Origin: Actinomycetes bacterium
Lineage (GTDB): Bacteria > Actinomycetota > Actinomycetes > Actinomycetales > Microbacteriaceae
Assembly (NCBI GenBank): GCA_023428065.1
Contig: JAEYZI010000079.1
Span: forward strand, 4,700 to 68,699
Length of the DNA stretch: 64,000 nt
Direction of reading: 5' to 3'
Made by a program: the position numbers and the translations under genes. Below the pieces are notes generated by a model. It saw nothing but the letters and a program-made list of their open reading frames with translations. It was not told the origin of the DNA and did no database searches. Shown piece after piece: positions 9,843 through 20,242 of the stretch (its first letter is position 1; each line of letters opens with the position of its first letter).

Positions 9843-11155
9843 CGCTCCTCCTCCTGCCCGTCGGGGCGCGGGGTGAACCGCACCCGGTCGACGCGGCGGC
9901 CGTCCATGCGTTCGATGCGGAAGGTGCCCGCGTCGATCTCGACGGTGTCGCCGACGACGGGGATGCGGCCGAGTTCGCTCATGAGGTAGCCGGCGACGGT
10001 CTCGTAGGGGCCGTCGTCGGGCACGGTGACGCCGGCGCGGTCGAGCAGCTCGTCGGGGCGCAGGGCACCGGGGAAGGTGAGCCAGCCGCGGCTGCGCACG
10101 ACGTCGGGGCGGGAGCGGTCGTGCTCGTCGGAGACCTCTCCGACGAGCTCCTCGACGAGGTCTTCGAGGGTCGCGACGCCCGCCGTGCCGCCGTATTCGT
10201 CGACCACGACGGCGATCTGGAAGCTGCGGGCGCGCAGCTCGCCGAGGAGGGTGTCGAGCTTCATGGTCTCGGGCACGCGCAGCGCGTCGGTCTGGAGCGC
10301 GCTGACGGGGACGGATGCGCGCCGCTCGCGCGGCACGGCGACCGCCTGCTTGATGTGGACGACGCCGACGATGTCGTCGGGGCTCTCGTCGATGACGGGG
10401 AAGCGCGAGTAGCCGGTGCGCCGCGCGAGTTCGATGACGGTCTCGGCGGTGTCGGTGCGGCGGGCGGCGGCGAGCCGCGGGCGCGGGGTCATGACGTCGG
10501 CCGCCGTGTGCTCGGAGAACACGAGGGTGCGGGCGAGGAGGGTCGCCGTGTCGCGGTCGAGGGAGCCCTCGCTCGCCGAGCGGCGCACGAGGCTCTTGAG
10601 CTCGTCGGCGGTGCGGGCGGAGCTGAGCTCTTCCTTGGGCTCGATTCCCATGGCCCGCAGCACGGCGTTGGCGGTGCCGTTGAGCAGCGCGACGAACGGC
10701 TTGAAGACCGTCGTGAAGACGAGCTGGAACGGGATGACGAGCTTGGCGGTCTGGCGCGGGAGCGCGAGGGCGAAGTTCTTCGGCACGAGTTCGCCGATGA
10801 TCATCGACAGCAGGGTGGCGACGGCGACGGCGACGATGGGCGCGATGATGCGTGCCGTGCCCTCGGCGATGCCCCACGCGTCGAAGAGCGGGCGGAGCCA
10901 CGCGCTGAAGGCGGGCTCGAGGGTGAAGCCGGCGAGCAGTGTCGTGAGGGTGATGCCGAGCTGGGCTGCGGACAGGTGCGTCGAGGTCACCCGGAGCGCG
11001 CGGATGGTGGGGCCGAGCATCGTCTCGCCCTTGGACTGGCGGTCCTCGAGGTCGTGGCGATCGAGGTTGACGAGCGCGAACTCGCTCGCGACGAAGAGTC
11101 CGGTGCCGACCGTGAGGAGCATCCCCGCGATGAACATCCACCATTCGGGACTCAT
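9839..11155 (-). CDS. CNNM/HlyC-CorC family transporter (DUF21 + CBS pair + CorC C-terminal domain)
   Basis: LFVASEFALVNLDRHDLE, GELVPKN, CBS pair, LEDLVEELVGEV, C-terminal transporter-associated domain. Confidence 0.85.
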   Translation of the reverse strand: MSPEWWMFIAGMLLTVGTGLFVASEFALVNLDRHDLEDRQSKGETMLGPTIRALRVTSTHLSAAQLGITLTTLLAGFTLEPAFSAWLRPLFDAWGIAEGTARIIAPIVAVAVATLLSMIIGELVPKNFALALPRQTAKLVIPFQLVFTTVFKPFVALLNGTANAVLRAMGIEPKEELSSARTADELKSLVRRSASEGSLDRDTATLLARTLVFSEHTAADVMTPRPRLAAARRTDTAETVIELARRTGYSRFPVIDESPDDIVGVVHIKQAVAVPRERRASVPVSALQTDALRVPETMKLDTLLGELRARSFQIAVVVDEYGGTAGVATLEDLVEELVGEVSDEHDRSRPDVVRSRGWLTFPGALRPDELLDRAGVTVPDDGPYETVAGYLMSELGRIPVVGDTVEIDAGTFRIERMDGRRVDRVRFTPRPDGQEEER

Positions 11156-11309
11156 CGCTCACCCCCCATTGCGGTGTTCACCGGCGTGGGTCTGTCAGCT
11201 GGCGCTGCGTGGTCTGGCTCTGACGTCGAAGACGGAGGGTCATCCATGATCGCGCCAGCCTACAGCCAGTCGACCCGGACGTCGCTGGGTGCGGGGCGCC
11301 GCCGCCGAG

Positions 11310-12749
11310 TCACCAGGAGACGGGGAGGGCCTTGCCCTCTTCGTAGCCGGCGGCCGACTGGAAGCCGACGACGGCGCGCTCGTGGAACTCGGGGAGCGAT
11401 GCGGCTCCCGCGTAGGTGAACGAGCTGCGCACCCCCGAGGTGATCATGTCGAGCAGGTCTTCGAGCGAGGGGCGGTGGGGGTCGAGGTAGATCTTCGAGC
11501 TCGAGATGCCTTCCGCGAAGAGCTCCTTGCGGGCGAGCTCGTAGGGGTCGAGTCGCCCGAACCGCTCCTGCACGGCTTTCGTCGACGCCATGCCCCAGCT
11601 CTCCTTGTAGAGCCGACCGGCGGCATCGGTCTCGAGGCGTCCCGGGGCCTCGATCGTGCCGGCGAACCAGGAGCCGATCATGACGGATGCGGCTCCCGCG
11701 GCGAGCGCGAGGGCGACGTCGCGCGGGTAGCGCACTCCCCCGTCGGCCCACACGTGGGCGCCGAGTTCGCGCGCGGCCTCCGCCGTCTCGAGCACGGCCG
11801 AGAACTGGGGCCTGCCGACCGCCGTCATCATGCGCGTCGTGCACATGGCGCCGGGGCCGACCCCGACCTTGATGATCGACGCGCCCGCCTCCACGAGGTC
11901 GCGCACGCCGTCGGCGGTGACGACGTTCCCGGCGACGAGCGGGATGCCGAGGCCGAGGCCGGCGATGGTGCGGAGCGCCGCGAGCATCCCCTCCTGGTGT
12001 CCGTGGGCCGTGTCGACGACGAGCACGTCGACTCCGGCGTCGGCGAGGGCGCGCGCTTTCGCGGCGACGTCGCCGTTGATCCCGACGGCGGCCGCGACGC
12101 GCAGGCGCCCGTCGGCGTCGAGAGCGGGCGAGTAGATGGTGGAGCGCAGGGCGCTGCGCCGCGTGACCGACCCCACGAGGCGCCCGTGGTGACGCACGAG
12201 GGCGACGTCGGCGTCCGCCTCGACGAGCAGGTCGAACGCGGCGCGCGGGCCGTCGAGGTCGTCGGCGTCGAGGGACGCCACGCCGCCGTGCACGAGGTCG
12301 CCGAGGCGTGCGTCGGGGAGCGCGGTCGCGAGCCGGGCGGCGGGCACGCATCCGCTCTCCTCGCCCGCGGGGTCGCGCAGCACGACGACGCCGGCGGCGA
12401 TCGGCGGGATGATGCGCAGCGCGTCGGCGACGGTCGCGTCGGAGGGCAGCTCGAGGGGCGCGTCCCAGCCGACGGGCTGCGCTTTGACGGCGCGGATGGC
12501 GGCGTCGAGCTCTTGGAGCGGGAGGTCCTGCGGGAGCACGCCGAGGCCGCCCCGGCGGGCGAGCGTCGCGGCGAGCCGTGGGCCCGTGACGGAGTTCATG
12601 TTGGCCGAGACGACGGGGATCGTGGCGCCCGTGCCGTCGGTCGTGGCGAGGTCGACGGAGAGCCGGCTCGCGACGCCGGACCGGTTCGGCACGAGGAAGA
12701 CGTCCGAGTAGGTGAGGTCGTGTGGGGGCACGCGTCCCATGAAGCGCAT
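11310..12749 (-). CDS. GuaB1-type IMP dehydrogenase-related protein (GMP reductase-like)
   Basis: DLTYSDVFLVPNRS N-terminus, CBS insert, KVGVGPGAMCTTR catalytic-loop motif. 479 aa. Confidence 0.85.
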   Translation of the reverse strand: MRFMGRVPPHDLTYSDVFLVPNRSGVASRLSVDLATTDGTGATIPVVSANMNSVTGPRLAATLARRGGLGVLPQDLPLQELDAAIRAVKAQPVGWDAPLELPSDATVADALRIIPPIAAGVVVLRDPAGEESGCVPAARLATALPDARLGDLVHGGVASLDADDLDGPRAAFDLLVEADADVALVRHHGRLVGSVTRRSALRSTIYSPALDADGRLRVAAAVGINGDVAAKARALADAGVDVLVVDTAHGHQEGMLAALRTIAGLGLGIPLVAGNVVTADGVRDLVEAGASIIKVGVGPGAMCTTRMMTAVGRPQFSAVLETAEAARELGAHVWADGGVRYPRDVALALAAGAASVMIGSWFAGTIEAPGRLETDAAGRLYKESWGMASTKAVQERFGRLDPYELARKELFAEGISSSKIYLDPHRPSLEDLLDMITSGVRSSFTYAGAASLPEFHERAVVGFQSAAGYEEGKALPVSW

Positions 12750-12924
12750 GCCTCCACGGTAGGGGGTGCTCTCCGCGGGCGCACGGGTCGCCTGGGAGGT
12801 TCCCCGGACACCCCCATGATCGTCAACGGAGCGCGCCCCGAAACGTTAGGCTGGTGGCTGGTGTGACCAGCGGGGATCACCCGGATCCCTGGCACCGGCG
12901 AGTAGTGAGAGTGGGCGGTCGGCT

Positions 12925-15900
12925 GTGTCCAACCCCGTCACCGGAGTGACGCCCGAGGAGAACGCCTCGGGGGAGTTCGGAGCCAATGAGTGGCTCGTCG
13001 ACGAGATGTACGAGCGCTACCTCGTCGACAAGGAATCTGTCGACAAGAGCTGGTGGCCGATCCTCGAGTCGTACCGCCCCGTCGACGACCCGACGCCGAC
13101 GTCGGCGATCCCCGTCGTGGCGCCCCAGGAGTCCGCCCCCGCGGCGGCCGAGCCGACGGATGCCGCCCCCGACACGGAGGCACCCAAGAGCCAGGTGGGC
13201 GGCGAGTCCCAGATCCCCGAGGTCGTGACCGAGGCCGAGAGCGCTCCACCCGCCGCGCCCGCGGAGCCCGCGCCGTCGACGACGCCCATCGCGCGCACGA
13301 CGTCGGCGCCCGCGAAGCCGCAGCCCATCCCGGCCGAGGCGCCCACGACGGCGTCGATCCCCGTCGCCGCCGCGTCGACGGAGGCCGAGGAGACCGTGAC
13401 CGTGCTCAAGGGCATGGCGAAGACGCTCTCCACCAACATGGACCAGAGCCTCACGGTGCCGACCGCCACGAGCGTGCGCACGGTGCCGGCGAAGCTCATG
13501 ATCGACAACCGCATCGTCATCAACAACCACCTCCGCCGTGCGCGCGGCGGCAAGGTGTCGTTCACGCACCTCATCGCGTGGGCGATGGTGAAGACGCTCG
13601 CGGAGTTCCCGAGCCAGAACGTCTTCTACCGCGAGACGGAGGACGGCAAGCCCACCGTCGTCGCGCCCGCCCACGTGAACCTCGGCATCGCGATCGACCT
13701 GCCGAAGCCCGACGGCACGCGCTCGCTGCTCGTGCCCGGCATCAAGCGCGCCGACACCATGAACTTCGCGGAGTTCCTCGCCGCCTACGAGGACGTCGTC
13801 GCCCGCGCGCGGGCGAACAAGCTCACGGCGGCGGACTTCCAGGGCGTGACGATCTCGCTCACCAACCCCGGCGGCATCGGCACCGAGCACTCGGTGCCGC
13901 GCCTCATGCGCGGGCAGGGCTGCATCGTCGGCGCGGGGGCTCTCGAGTACCCGGCCGCCTTCCAGGGCTCCTCGCCGAAGACGCTCGTCGAGATGGGCAT
14001 CGGCAAGACGATCACGCTCACGAGCACCTACGACCACCGCGTCATCCAGGGCGCGGGCTCGGGCGAGTTCCTCAAGAAGATCCACGAGCTCCTCATCGGG
14101 GAGCGCGGCTTCTACGAGGAGATCTTCGCCGCCCTGCGCATCCCCTACGACCCGATCCACTGGGCCGAGGACATCAACGTCGACCTGTCCGAGCGCATCT
14201 CGAAGACGAGCCGCGTGCAGGAGCTCATCAACTCCTTCCGCGTGCGCGGCCACCTCATGGCCGACATCGACCCGCTCGAGTACCGCCAGCGCTCCCACCC
14301 GGACCTCGACATCGCGAGCCACGGCCTCACCTTCTGGGACCTCGACCGCGAGTTCGTCACGGGCGGTTTCGGCGGCAAGCGCACGATGCTGCTGCGCGAG
14401 ATCCTGGGCGTGCTGCGCGACTCGTACTGCCGCACGGTCGGCGTCGAGTACATGCACATCCAGGACCCGGAGCAGCGCGCGTGGTTCCAGGAGCGCCTCG
14501 AGAAGCCGTACGTCAAGCCCACGCACGACGAGCAGCTGCGCGTGCTCGGCAAGCTCAACGAGGCCGAGGCGTTCGAGACGTTCCTGCAGACGAAGTACGT
14601 CGGGCAGAAGCGCTTCAGCCTCGAGGGCGGCGAGTCGACGATCGCCCTCCTCGACGAGATCCTGCAGGGCGCCGCCGAGGCGGGGCTCGACGAGGTCGCG
14701 ATCGGCATGGCCCACCGCGGTCGCCTCAACGTGCTCACCAACATCGCCGGCAAGACCTACGGCCAGGTGTTCCGCGAGTTCGAGGGAACCCAGGACCCGA
14801 AGTCGGTGCAGGGCTCGGGCGACGTCAAGTACCACCTCGGCACCGAGGGGACCTTCACCGCCATGAGCGGCAAGGAGGTGCCGGTGTACCTCGCCGCGAA
14901 CCCGTCGCACCTCGAGGCGGTCAACGGCGTGCTCGAGGGCATCGTGCGCGCGAAGCAGGACCGCACGGGCGACGGCCAGTTCGGCACCCTGCCGATCCTC
15001 GTGCACGGCGACGCGTCGATGGCCGGCCAGGGCGTCGTCGTCGAGACGCTGCAGATGTCGCAGCTGCGCGCCTACAAGACGGGCGGCACGATCCACGTCG
15101 TCATCAACAACCAGGTCGGCTTCACGACGACGCCGCAGGATGCGCGCACCTCGGTGTACTCGACGGATGTCGCCAAGACGATCCAGGCGCCCATCTTCCA
15201 CGTGAACGGCGACGACCCGGAGGCCGTGATCCGCGTCGCGGAGCACGCCTTCGCGTACCGCCAGCAGTTCAAGCGCGACGTCGTCATCGACCTCGTGTGC
15301 TACCGCCGCCGCGGTCACAACGAGGGCGACGACCCGTCGATGACGCAGCCGCTCATGTACAACCTCATCGAGGCCAAGCGCAGCGTCCGCACGCTCTACA
15401 CGGAGGCGCTCGTCGGCCGCGGCGACATCACTCAGGAGGAGTTCGAGCAGGCGCAGGCCGATTTCCAGGACCGCCTCGAGCGCGCGTTCGCGGAGACGCA
15501 TGCCGCCCAGACCGGCTCGATCCCCGTCGTGGCGCACGACCAGAGCCCCGTCTCGGACCTCGAGCGGCCCGTCGCGCAGCAGCGCGAGGACGCCGGTGTC
15601 GGCGAGCCCGCGTCGACGGGGGTCGACCAGGGCGTCGTCGAGCTCATCGGCGATGCGCACGCCAACCCGCCCACGGGCTTCAGCGTGCACCCCAAGCTCC
15701 AGCAGCTCCTTAAGAAGCGCTTCGACATGAGTCGCGGCGGTTCGATCGACTGGGGCTTCGGCGAGCTCATCGCGCTCGGCTCGCTCCTGCTCGAGGGCAC
15801 CCCGGTGCGCCTCGTCGGTCAGGACGCCCGCCGCGGCACCTTCGTGTCGCGCCACGCCGTGTTCCACGACCGCGAGAACGGCCAGGAGTGGCTGCCGCTC

Positions 15901-17163
15901 GGCAACCTGTCCGAGAACCAGGCCCGCCTGGCGATCTACGACTCGCTGCTGTCGGAGTACGCGGCCCTCGCCTTCGAGTACGGCTACTCGGTCGAGCGTC
16001 CGGACGCCCTCGTGCTGTGGGAGGCGCAGTTCGGCGACTTCGCGAACGGCGCCCAGACGGTCATCGACGAGTTCATCTCGAGCGCCGAGCAGAAGTGGGG
16101 CCAGCGTTCGGGCGTCGTCATGCTCCTCCCCCACGGATACGAGGGTCAGGGTCCGGACCACTCCTCGGCGCGCATCGAGCGCTACCTGCAGCTCGCGGCG
16201 GAGAACAACATGACGATCGCGCGTCCCTCGACGCCGGCGTCCTACTTCCACCTGCTGCGTCGCCAGGCGTACGCGCGTCCGCGTCGTCCGCTCATCGTAT
16301 TCACCCCGAAGTCGATGCTGCGTCTGCGCGGCGCGACGAGCGAGGTGGCCGACTTCACGCAGGGCCGCTTCGAGCCCGTCATCGACGACGCCCGCATCCA
16401 GGACCCGTCGACGGTGAAGCGCGTGCTCCTGCACTCGGGCAAGATCCACTACGACCTGCTCGGCGAGCTCGAGAAGCGGGCCGATGGCGGCGCGTTCGCG
16501 CTCGTGCGGCTCGAGCAGTTCTACCCGCTCCCCACCGAGCAGCTCCTCGCGGTGCTCGATCGCTACCGCGACGCCGAGCTCATGTGGGTGCAGGACGAGC
16601 CGGAGAACCAGGGCGCATGGCCGTTCCTGTCGTACGAGCTCACCCCGCAGCTCGGCGGGCGTGCGCTCCGCGTCTCGTCGCGACCGGCGTCGGCCTCCCC
16701 CGCGACGGGCTCCTCGAAGCGGAGCGCCGCCGAGCAGACGACGCTCATCGCGAAGGCCCTCGAGCTCTTCGCGTGTCGGCGACGGCTACGCGTCGAGAGC
16801 CGCGAGGATCTGGGCACGCAGTTCCTCGGGCGCCTTCTCCTGGCAGGCGCGCTGCACCTTCTGGATGAGGGTCAGCCCCACGAGATGCTCGGTGGAGCAG
16901 TCCTCGCACGCGTCGAGGTGGTCCTGGATGTCCTGCAGGTCGGTCTCGGAGAGCTCGCGGTGCAGGAACTCCTCGAGCTCGGCCTTGGCCTTGTCGCATC
17001 CGCAATCGGTCATCTCGTGCTCCCGGGTGACGTGTCCGCGACGGTGTACCCACGCTCGCGGGCGTATTCGGCGAGACGCTCGCGCAGCAGGCGGCGTCCA
17101 CGGTGGAGTCGGCTCATGACGGTGCCGACGGGGGTCTTCATGATGTCGGCGATCTCCTGGTAG
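12925..17163 (+). CDS. kgd: Multifunctional 2-oxoglutarate dehydrogenase/decarboxylase E1 (Kgd/OdhA type), as an ORF with an abnormal ~130-codon 3' run-on
   Basis: GTG start. [12 protein letters not shown]-terminus, Pro/Ala linker, E2-like acyltransferase segment ([11 protein letters not shown]), E1 ThDP core ([17 protein letters not shown]). Homolog-like C-terminus ([18 protein letters not shown]) is near 16.77 kb, but the first in-frame stop is at 17161-17163. Confidence 0.9.
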   Translation: MSNPVTGVTPEENASGEFGANEWLVDEMYERYLVDKESVDKSWWPILESYRPVDDPTPTSAIPVVAPQESAPAAAEPTDAAPDTEAPKSQVGGESQIPEVVTEAESAPPAAPAEPAPSTTPIARTTSAPAKPQPIPAEAPTTASIPVAAASTEAEETVTVLKGMAKTLSTNMDQSLTVPTATSVRTVPAKLMIDNRIVINNHLRRARGGKVSFTHLIAWAMVKTLAEFPSQNVFYRETEDGKPTVVAPAHVNLGIAIDLPKPDGTRSLLVPGIKRADTMNFAEFLAAYEDVVARARANKLTAADFQGVTISLTNPGGIGTEHSVPRLMRGQGCIVGAGALEYPAAFQGSSPKTLVEMGIGKTITLTSTYDHRVIQGAGSGEFLKKIHELLIGERGFYEEIFAALRIPYDPIHWAEDINVDLSERISKTSRVQELINSFRVRGHLMADIDPLEYRQRSHPDLDIASHGLTFWDLDREFVTGGFGGKRTMLLREILGVLRDSYCRTVGVEYMHIQDPEQRAWFQERLEKPYVKPTHDEQLRVLGKLNEAEAFETFLQTKYVGQKRFSLEGGESTIALLDEILQGAAEAGLDEVAIGMAHRGRLNVLTNIAGKTYGQVFREFEGTQDPKSVQGSGDVKYHLGTEGTFTAMSGKEVPVYLAANPSHLEAVNGVLEGIVRAKQDRTGDGQFGTLPILVHGDASMAGQGVVVETLQMSQLRAYKTGGTIHVVINNQVGFTTTPQDARTSVYSTDVAKTIQAPIFHVNGDDPEAVIRVAEHAFAYRQQFKRDVVIDLVCYRRRGHNEGDDPSMTQPLMYNLIEAKRSVRTLYTEALVGRGDITQEEFEQAQADFQDRLERAFAETHAAQTGSIPVVAHDQSPVSDLERPVAQQREDAGVGEPASTGVDQGVVELIGDAHANPPTGFSVHPKLQQLLKKRFDMSRGGSIDWGFGELIALGSLLLEGTPVRLVGQDARRGTFVSRHAVFHDRENGQEWLPLGNLSENQARLAIYDSLLSEYAALAFEYGYSVERPDALVLWEAQFGDFANGAQTVIDEFISSAEQKWGQRSGVVMLLPHGYEGQGPDHSSARIERYLQLAAENNMTIARPSTPASYFHLLRRQAYARPRRPLIVFTPKSMLRLRGATSEVADFTQGRFEPVIDDARIQDPSTVKRVLLHSGKIHYDLLGELEKRADGGAFALVRLEQFYPLPTEQLLAVLDRYRDAELMWVQDEPENQGAWPFLSYELTPQLGGRALRVSSRPASASPATGSSKRSAAEQTTLIAKALELFACRRRLRVESREDLGTQFLGRLLLAGALHLLDEGQPHEMLGGAVLARVEVVLDVLQVGLGELAVQELLELGLGLVASAIGHLVLPGDVSATVYPRSRAYSARRSRSRRRPRWSRLMTVPTGVFMMSAISW
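16786..17013 (-). CDS. rsrA: ZAS-family anti-sigma factor (RsrA/RshA)
   Basis: 75 aa. HxxxCxxC motif present (HLDACEDC) plus N-terminal Cys pair (CGC). ATGA overlap with the sigH stop. Confidence 0.85.
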   Translation of the reverse strand: MTDCGCDKAKAELEEFLHRELSETDLQDIQDHLDACEDCSTEHLVGLTLIQKVQRACQEKAPEELRAQILAALDA

Positions 17164-17627
17164 GAGAACCCCTCGACGTCGGCGAGGTAGACGGCGAGCC
17201 GGAAGTCCTCGGGGATCGACTGCAGTGCCTCCTTGACGTCGCTGTCGGGCAGGTGGTCGATCGCCTCCGCCTCCGCCGAGCGGGTGGTGCGCCCCTGCGT
17301 GAGCGACTCCGCGGAGCCGAGCTGCCAGTCCTCGAGGTCGTCGAGCGTGCCCTGGAAGGGGGCACGCTGATTCTTGCGATAGCTGTTGATGTAGGTGTTC
17401 GTGAGGATGCGGTAGAGCCACGCCTTGAGATTCGTACCCTGCTCGAAGCCGGCGAACGCGGCGAACGCCTTCGCGTAAGTCTCCTGCACGAGGTCGCCCG
17501 CGTCGGCGGGGTTCCGCGTCATCCGCATGGCCGCCGCGTAGAGCTGATCCATGAAGGGGATCGCCTGCTCGGCGAAGAGCCCTCGGAGCTGGTCGGGGGT
17601 GTGCTCGGAGCGCGCGCTGTCAGCCAT
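17010..17627 (-). CDS. sigH: ECF sigma factor SigH/SigR
   Basis: Region 2 ([23 protein letters not shown]) and region 4 ([31 protein letters not shown]). Start at ATG MADSAR; an in-frame GTG at 17690 would add 21 aa. Confidence 0.9.
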   Translation of the reverse strand: MADSARSEHTPDQLRGLFAEQAIPFMDQLYAAAMRMTRNPADAGDLVQETYAKAFAAFAGFEQGTNLKAWLYRILTNTYINSYRKNQRAPFQGTLDDLEDWQLGSAESLTQGRTTRSAEAEAIDHLPDSDVKEALQSIPEDFRLAVYLADVEGFSYQEIADIMKTPVGTVMSRLHRGRRLLRERLAEYARERGYTVADTSPGSTR

Positions 17628-17728
17628 CGGCGTCGAGTCTATGCCGGGCGCGACGACACGTCCCGCCGTCGGCAGCTCCAGTACGAGCACCCCGCGCTCC
17701 TTCCCGCCCGTGGGGCATTACCCTTGTC

Positions 17729-17754
17729 AACCGATGGGTGTTCTCAGGTATTCC
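17729..17754 (-). promoter_or_regulatory. SigH/SigR-type promoter, GGAAT-N18-GTT
   Basis: The minus strand reads GGAATACCTGAGAACACCCATCGGTTGAC, about 100 nt upstream of the sigH ATG. It matches the published SigR/SigH consensus exactly in both elements and in spacing. Confidence 0.65.
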
Positions 17755-17829
17755 GGCCGCGACGAGGAGCTCTTCCTCCAGACCCCGGGCAAGGAGGAGG
17801 AGCCCGCGACGCTCTACGGCGTCGCCCAG

Positions 17830-19179
17830 GTGGCGGACGCCCCCGCCGGCCCGTGGGCGGCCCCTCGCGCGGACGCCCCCCTCGCGGCCCGCCTCACGCT
17901 TCCGGGTTCCAAGAGCCTCACGAACCGCGAGCTCGTGCTCGCCTCGCTCGCGGACGGGCCGTCGACGATCCACCGGCCCCTGCACTCGCGCGACACCTCG
18001 CTCATGGTCGAGGGCCTGCGCGGCCTCGGCGTCGGCATCGAGGAGGTGCCGGGCGACGGCGAGTTCGGGCCCGACCTGCGAGTGACCCCAGGCGAGCTGC
18101 TCGGCGGCACGATCGACGGCGGCCTCGCGGGCACGGTGCTGCGCTTCCTGCCGATCGTCGCGGCGCTCGCGCTCGGCCCCACGAGCGTCGACGGCGACCC
18201 GTACGCCCGCAAGCGCCCCATGCGCACGACGATCGACGCCCTCCGGGGCCTCGGCGTCGAGGTGAGCGACGACGGTCGCGGCACGATGCCGTTCACCGTG
18301 CACGGCACGGGCGGCGTGCGCGGCGGCGAGCTCGCGATCGACGCCTCCGCCTCGAGCCAGTTCGTCTCGGGTCTGCTGCTCGCTGCGCCCCGCTTCGCGG
18401 AGGGCCTCGTGCTGCGCCACACGGGAGATCGCCTGCCGAGCATGCCGCACATCCGCATGACGATCGAGTGCCTCGCGGCGCGGGGCGTCGTGGTCGAGGA
18501 GCCCGAGCCGGGGACGTGGGTCGTCGCCCCCCAGCCGATCCGGGCGATCGACGTGACGATCGAGCCCGACCTGTCGAATGCGGGGCCGTTCCTCGGCGCG
18601 GCCCTGCTCGCGGGCGGCACGGTCACGATCGGCGGCTGGCCCGAGTCGACGACGCAGGTGGGCGACGAGTTCCTGCGCATCCTCCCCCGGCTCGGTGCGA
18701 CGGTCACGCGCGACGGCGACGCCGTGACGGTCGACGGGGGCGCGGGGGTTCGGGGAGGCGTCCCGCTGCGGGCCGCGGATCTCGACCTCACGATCGGCGG
18801 GGAGCTCGCCCCGACGATCGCGACGCTCCTCGCCTTCGCCGACGGCCCCAGCACGGTCTCCGGGATCGGCCACCTGCGCGGGCACGAGACCGACCGCCTC
18901 ACGGCCCTCGCGACGGAGCTCGGCCGCCTCGGCGGCGAGGTCGTCGAGCACGACGAGAGCCTCGAGGTGCATCCTCGCCCGCTCCACGGCGGCGCGTGGG
19001 AGGCCTACGCCGACCACCGCATGGCGACCTCGGGCGCTCTCGCGGGACTCGTCGTGGAGGGCGTGACGGTCGACGACATCGGCACGACCGCGAAGACGCT
19101 CCCCGAGTTCCCCGAGCTGTGGGCCCGGATGCTCGGGCGCGAGCCCGGTGCGACGCACTGGGAGACGCTCCCGCTGTGA
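17830..19179 (+). CDS. aroA: 3-phosphoshikimate 1-carboxyvinyltransferase (EPSP synthase)
   Basis: LPGSKSLTNRELVLASLA, RDTSLMVEGL, class-typical C-terminal HRMA motif. The GTG at 17830 gives about 449 aa as in homologs. An ATG at 17734 is the alternative start but lies inside the sigH promoter. Confidence 0.85.
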   Translation: MADAPAGPWAAPRADAPLAARLTLPGSKSLTNRELVLASLADGPSTIHRPLHSRDTSLMVEGLRGLGVGIEEVPGDGEFGPDLRVTPGELLGGTIDGGLAGTVLRFLPIVAALALGPTSVDGDPYARKRPMRTTIDALRGLGVEVSDDGRGTMPFTVHGTGGVRGGELAIDASASSQFVSGLLLAAPRFAEGLVLRHTGDRLPSMPHIRMTIECLAARGVVVEEPEPGTWVVAPQPIRAIDVTIEPDLSNAGPFLGAALLAGGTVTIGGWPESTTQVGDEFLRILPRLGATVTRDGDAVTVDGGAGVRGGVPLRAADLDLTIGGELAPTIATLLAFADGPSTVSGIGHLRGHETDRLTALATELGRLGGEVVEHDESLEVHPRPLHGGAWEAYADHRMATSGALAGLVVEGVTVDDIGTTAKTLPEFPELWARMLGREPGATHWETLPL

Positions 19180-19201
19180 GGCAGGCACGGAGACGCGCAC
19201 G

Positions 19202-20233
19202 GTGAGCTGGCTCGACGACGACGAGCCGGAGGGCTTCGACGCCTGGGACGAGTCCGACGTGCGCATCCGCCCCAACCCGAAGGGCAACCGCCCGCGCACG
19301 AAGGTGCGGCCGACGCACGACGATGCGGTGGAGGGGCGCGTGCTCTCGGTCGACCGGGGCCGCTACACGGTGCTCGTCGACGCGGACTCCCCCGCCGAGC
19401 ACACGGCCACGGCGACCCGGGCACGCGAGCTCCGCGACCAGGCCATCGTCACGGGCGACCGCGTCGACCTCGTGGGCGACGTCTCCGGCGACCCGGGCAC
19501 GCTCGCGCGCATCGTGCGCATCCGCCCCCGCACGACGCTCCTGCGTCGTAGCGCCGACGACACGGATGCCGTGGAGCGCGTCATCGTCGCGAACGCCGAC
19601 CAGCTCATGATCGTCGTCGCCGCCGCGAACCCCGAGCCGCGCCCCCGGCTCGTCGACCGCTATCTCGTCGCCGCGTACGACGCCGGGATCCAGCCGCTCA
19701 TGGTCGTCACGAAGACCGACCTCGCCGACCCCGCGCCGTTCCTCGCGAACTTCGCGGGACTCGACATCCCCGTCGTGCGAAGCGCCCAGGGGTCGTGGCC
19801 GGTCGACGAGCTCGCGCCCCTGCTCGCGGGTCACACGACGGTCGCGGTCGGCCACTCCGGGGTGGGCAAGTCGACGCTCGTCAACGAGCTCGTCCCGGGC
19901 ACGGATCGCGCCACGGGCGACGTCAACGCCGTCACGGGCCGCGGACGCCACACCTCCTCCTCGACGGTGTCGCTGCGGGTGCCGACGGGCGGCTGGATCA
20001 TCGACACCCCCGGTGTGCGGTCGTTCGGCCTCGGCCACGTCGATCCCGCGAACATCCTGCGCGGCTTCCCGGATCTCGCCGCGATCGCCGAGGACTGCCC
20101 GCGCGGGTGCACGCACCTCGCCGACGCCCCCGACTGCGCGCTCGACGAGGCCGTCGACCGCGGCGAGGCGGACCCCGCGCGCGTCGACTCCCTGCGTCGG
20201 CTCCTCGCGAGCCTCGGCGACGCGGCTCGCTAG
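19202..20233 (+). CDS. rsgA: Ribosome small-subunit-dependent GTPase A
   Basis: GTG start (VSWLDDDE). OB-fold (VDRGRYTVLV), permuted GTPase motifs (VTKTDL, GHSGVGKSTLVN), zinc-finger Cys/His cluster (CPRGCTHLADAPDC). Confidence 0.85.
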   Translation: MSWLDDDEPEGFDAWDESDVRIRPNPKGNRPRTKVRPTHDDAVEGRVLSVDRGRYTVLVDADSPAEHTATATRARELRDQAIVTGDRVDLVGDVSGDPGTLARIVRIRPRTTLLRRSADDTDAVERVIVANADQLMIVVAAANPEPRPRLVDRYLVAAYDAGIQPLMVVTKTDLADPAPFLANFAGLDIPVVRSAQGSWPVDELAPLLAGHTTVAVGHSGVGKSTLVNELVPGTDRATGDVNAVTGRGRHTSSSTVSLRVPTGGWIIDTPGVRSFGLGHVDPANILRGFPDLAAIAEDCPRGCTHLADAPDCALDEAVDRGEADPARVDSLRRLLASLGDAAR

Positions 20234-20242
20234 GCTCGAGGA

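Noticed and set aside
8790-11162. 790-aa ORF spanning both CNNM genes.
   Set aside because: Its N-terminal 440 residues are an out-of-frame shadow of the 9839-11155 gene. The real protein begins at the ATG at 9842 (MNASDWW), which overlaps the upstream stop.
12877-16449. 1190-aa ORF on the minus strand opposite kgd. Similar very long ORFs occur at 18899-21136(-), 29517-31871(-), 52287-55223(-), 5744-7822(+), 60844-63108(+) and 17103-19205(+).
   Set aside because: All lie antisense or out of frame to genes with clear family motifs. Their translations are Arg/Gly/Asp/Glu/His/Pro-rich low complexity with no recognisable motif. This is typical shadow-ORF behaviour in high-GC DNA.
17793-17802. 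GGAGGAGGAG tract as a possible RBS defining the aroA start.
   Set aside because: No ATG, GTG or TTG lies 5-10 nt downstream in frame. It is more likely just coding or leader sequence.
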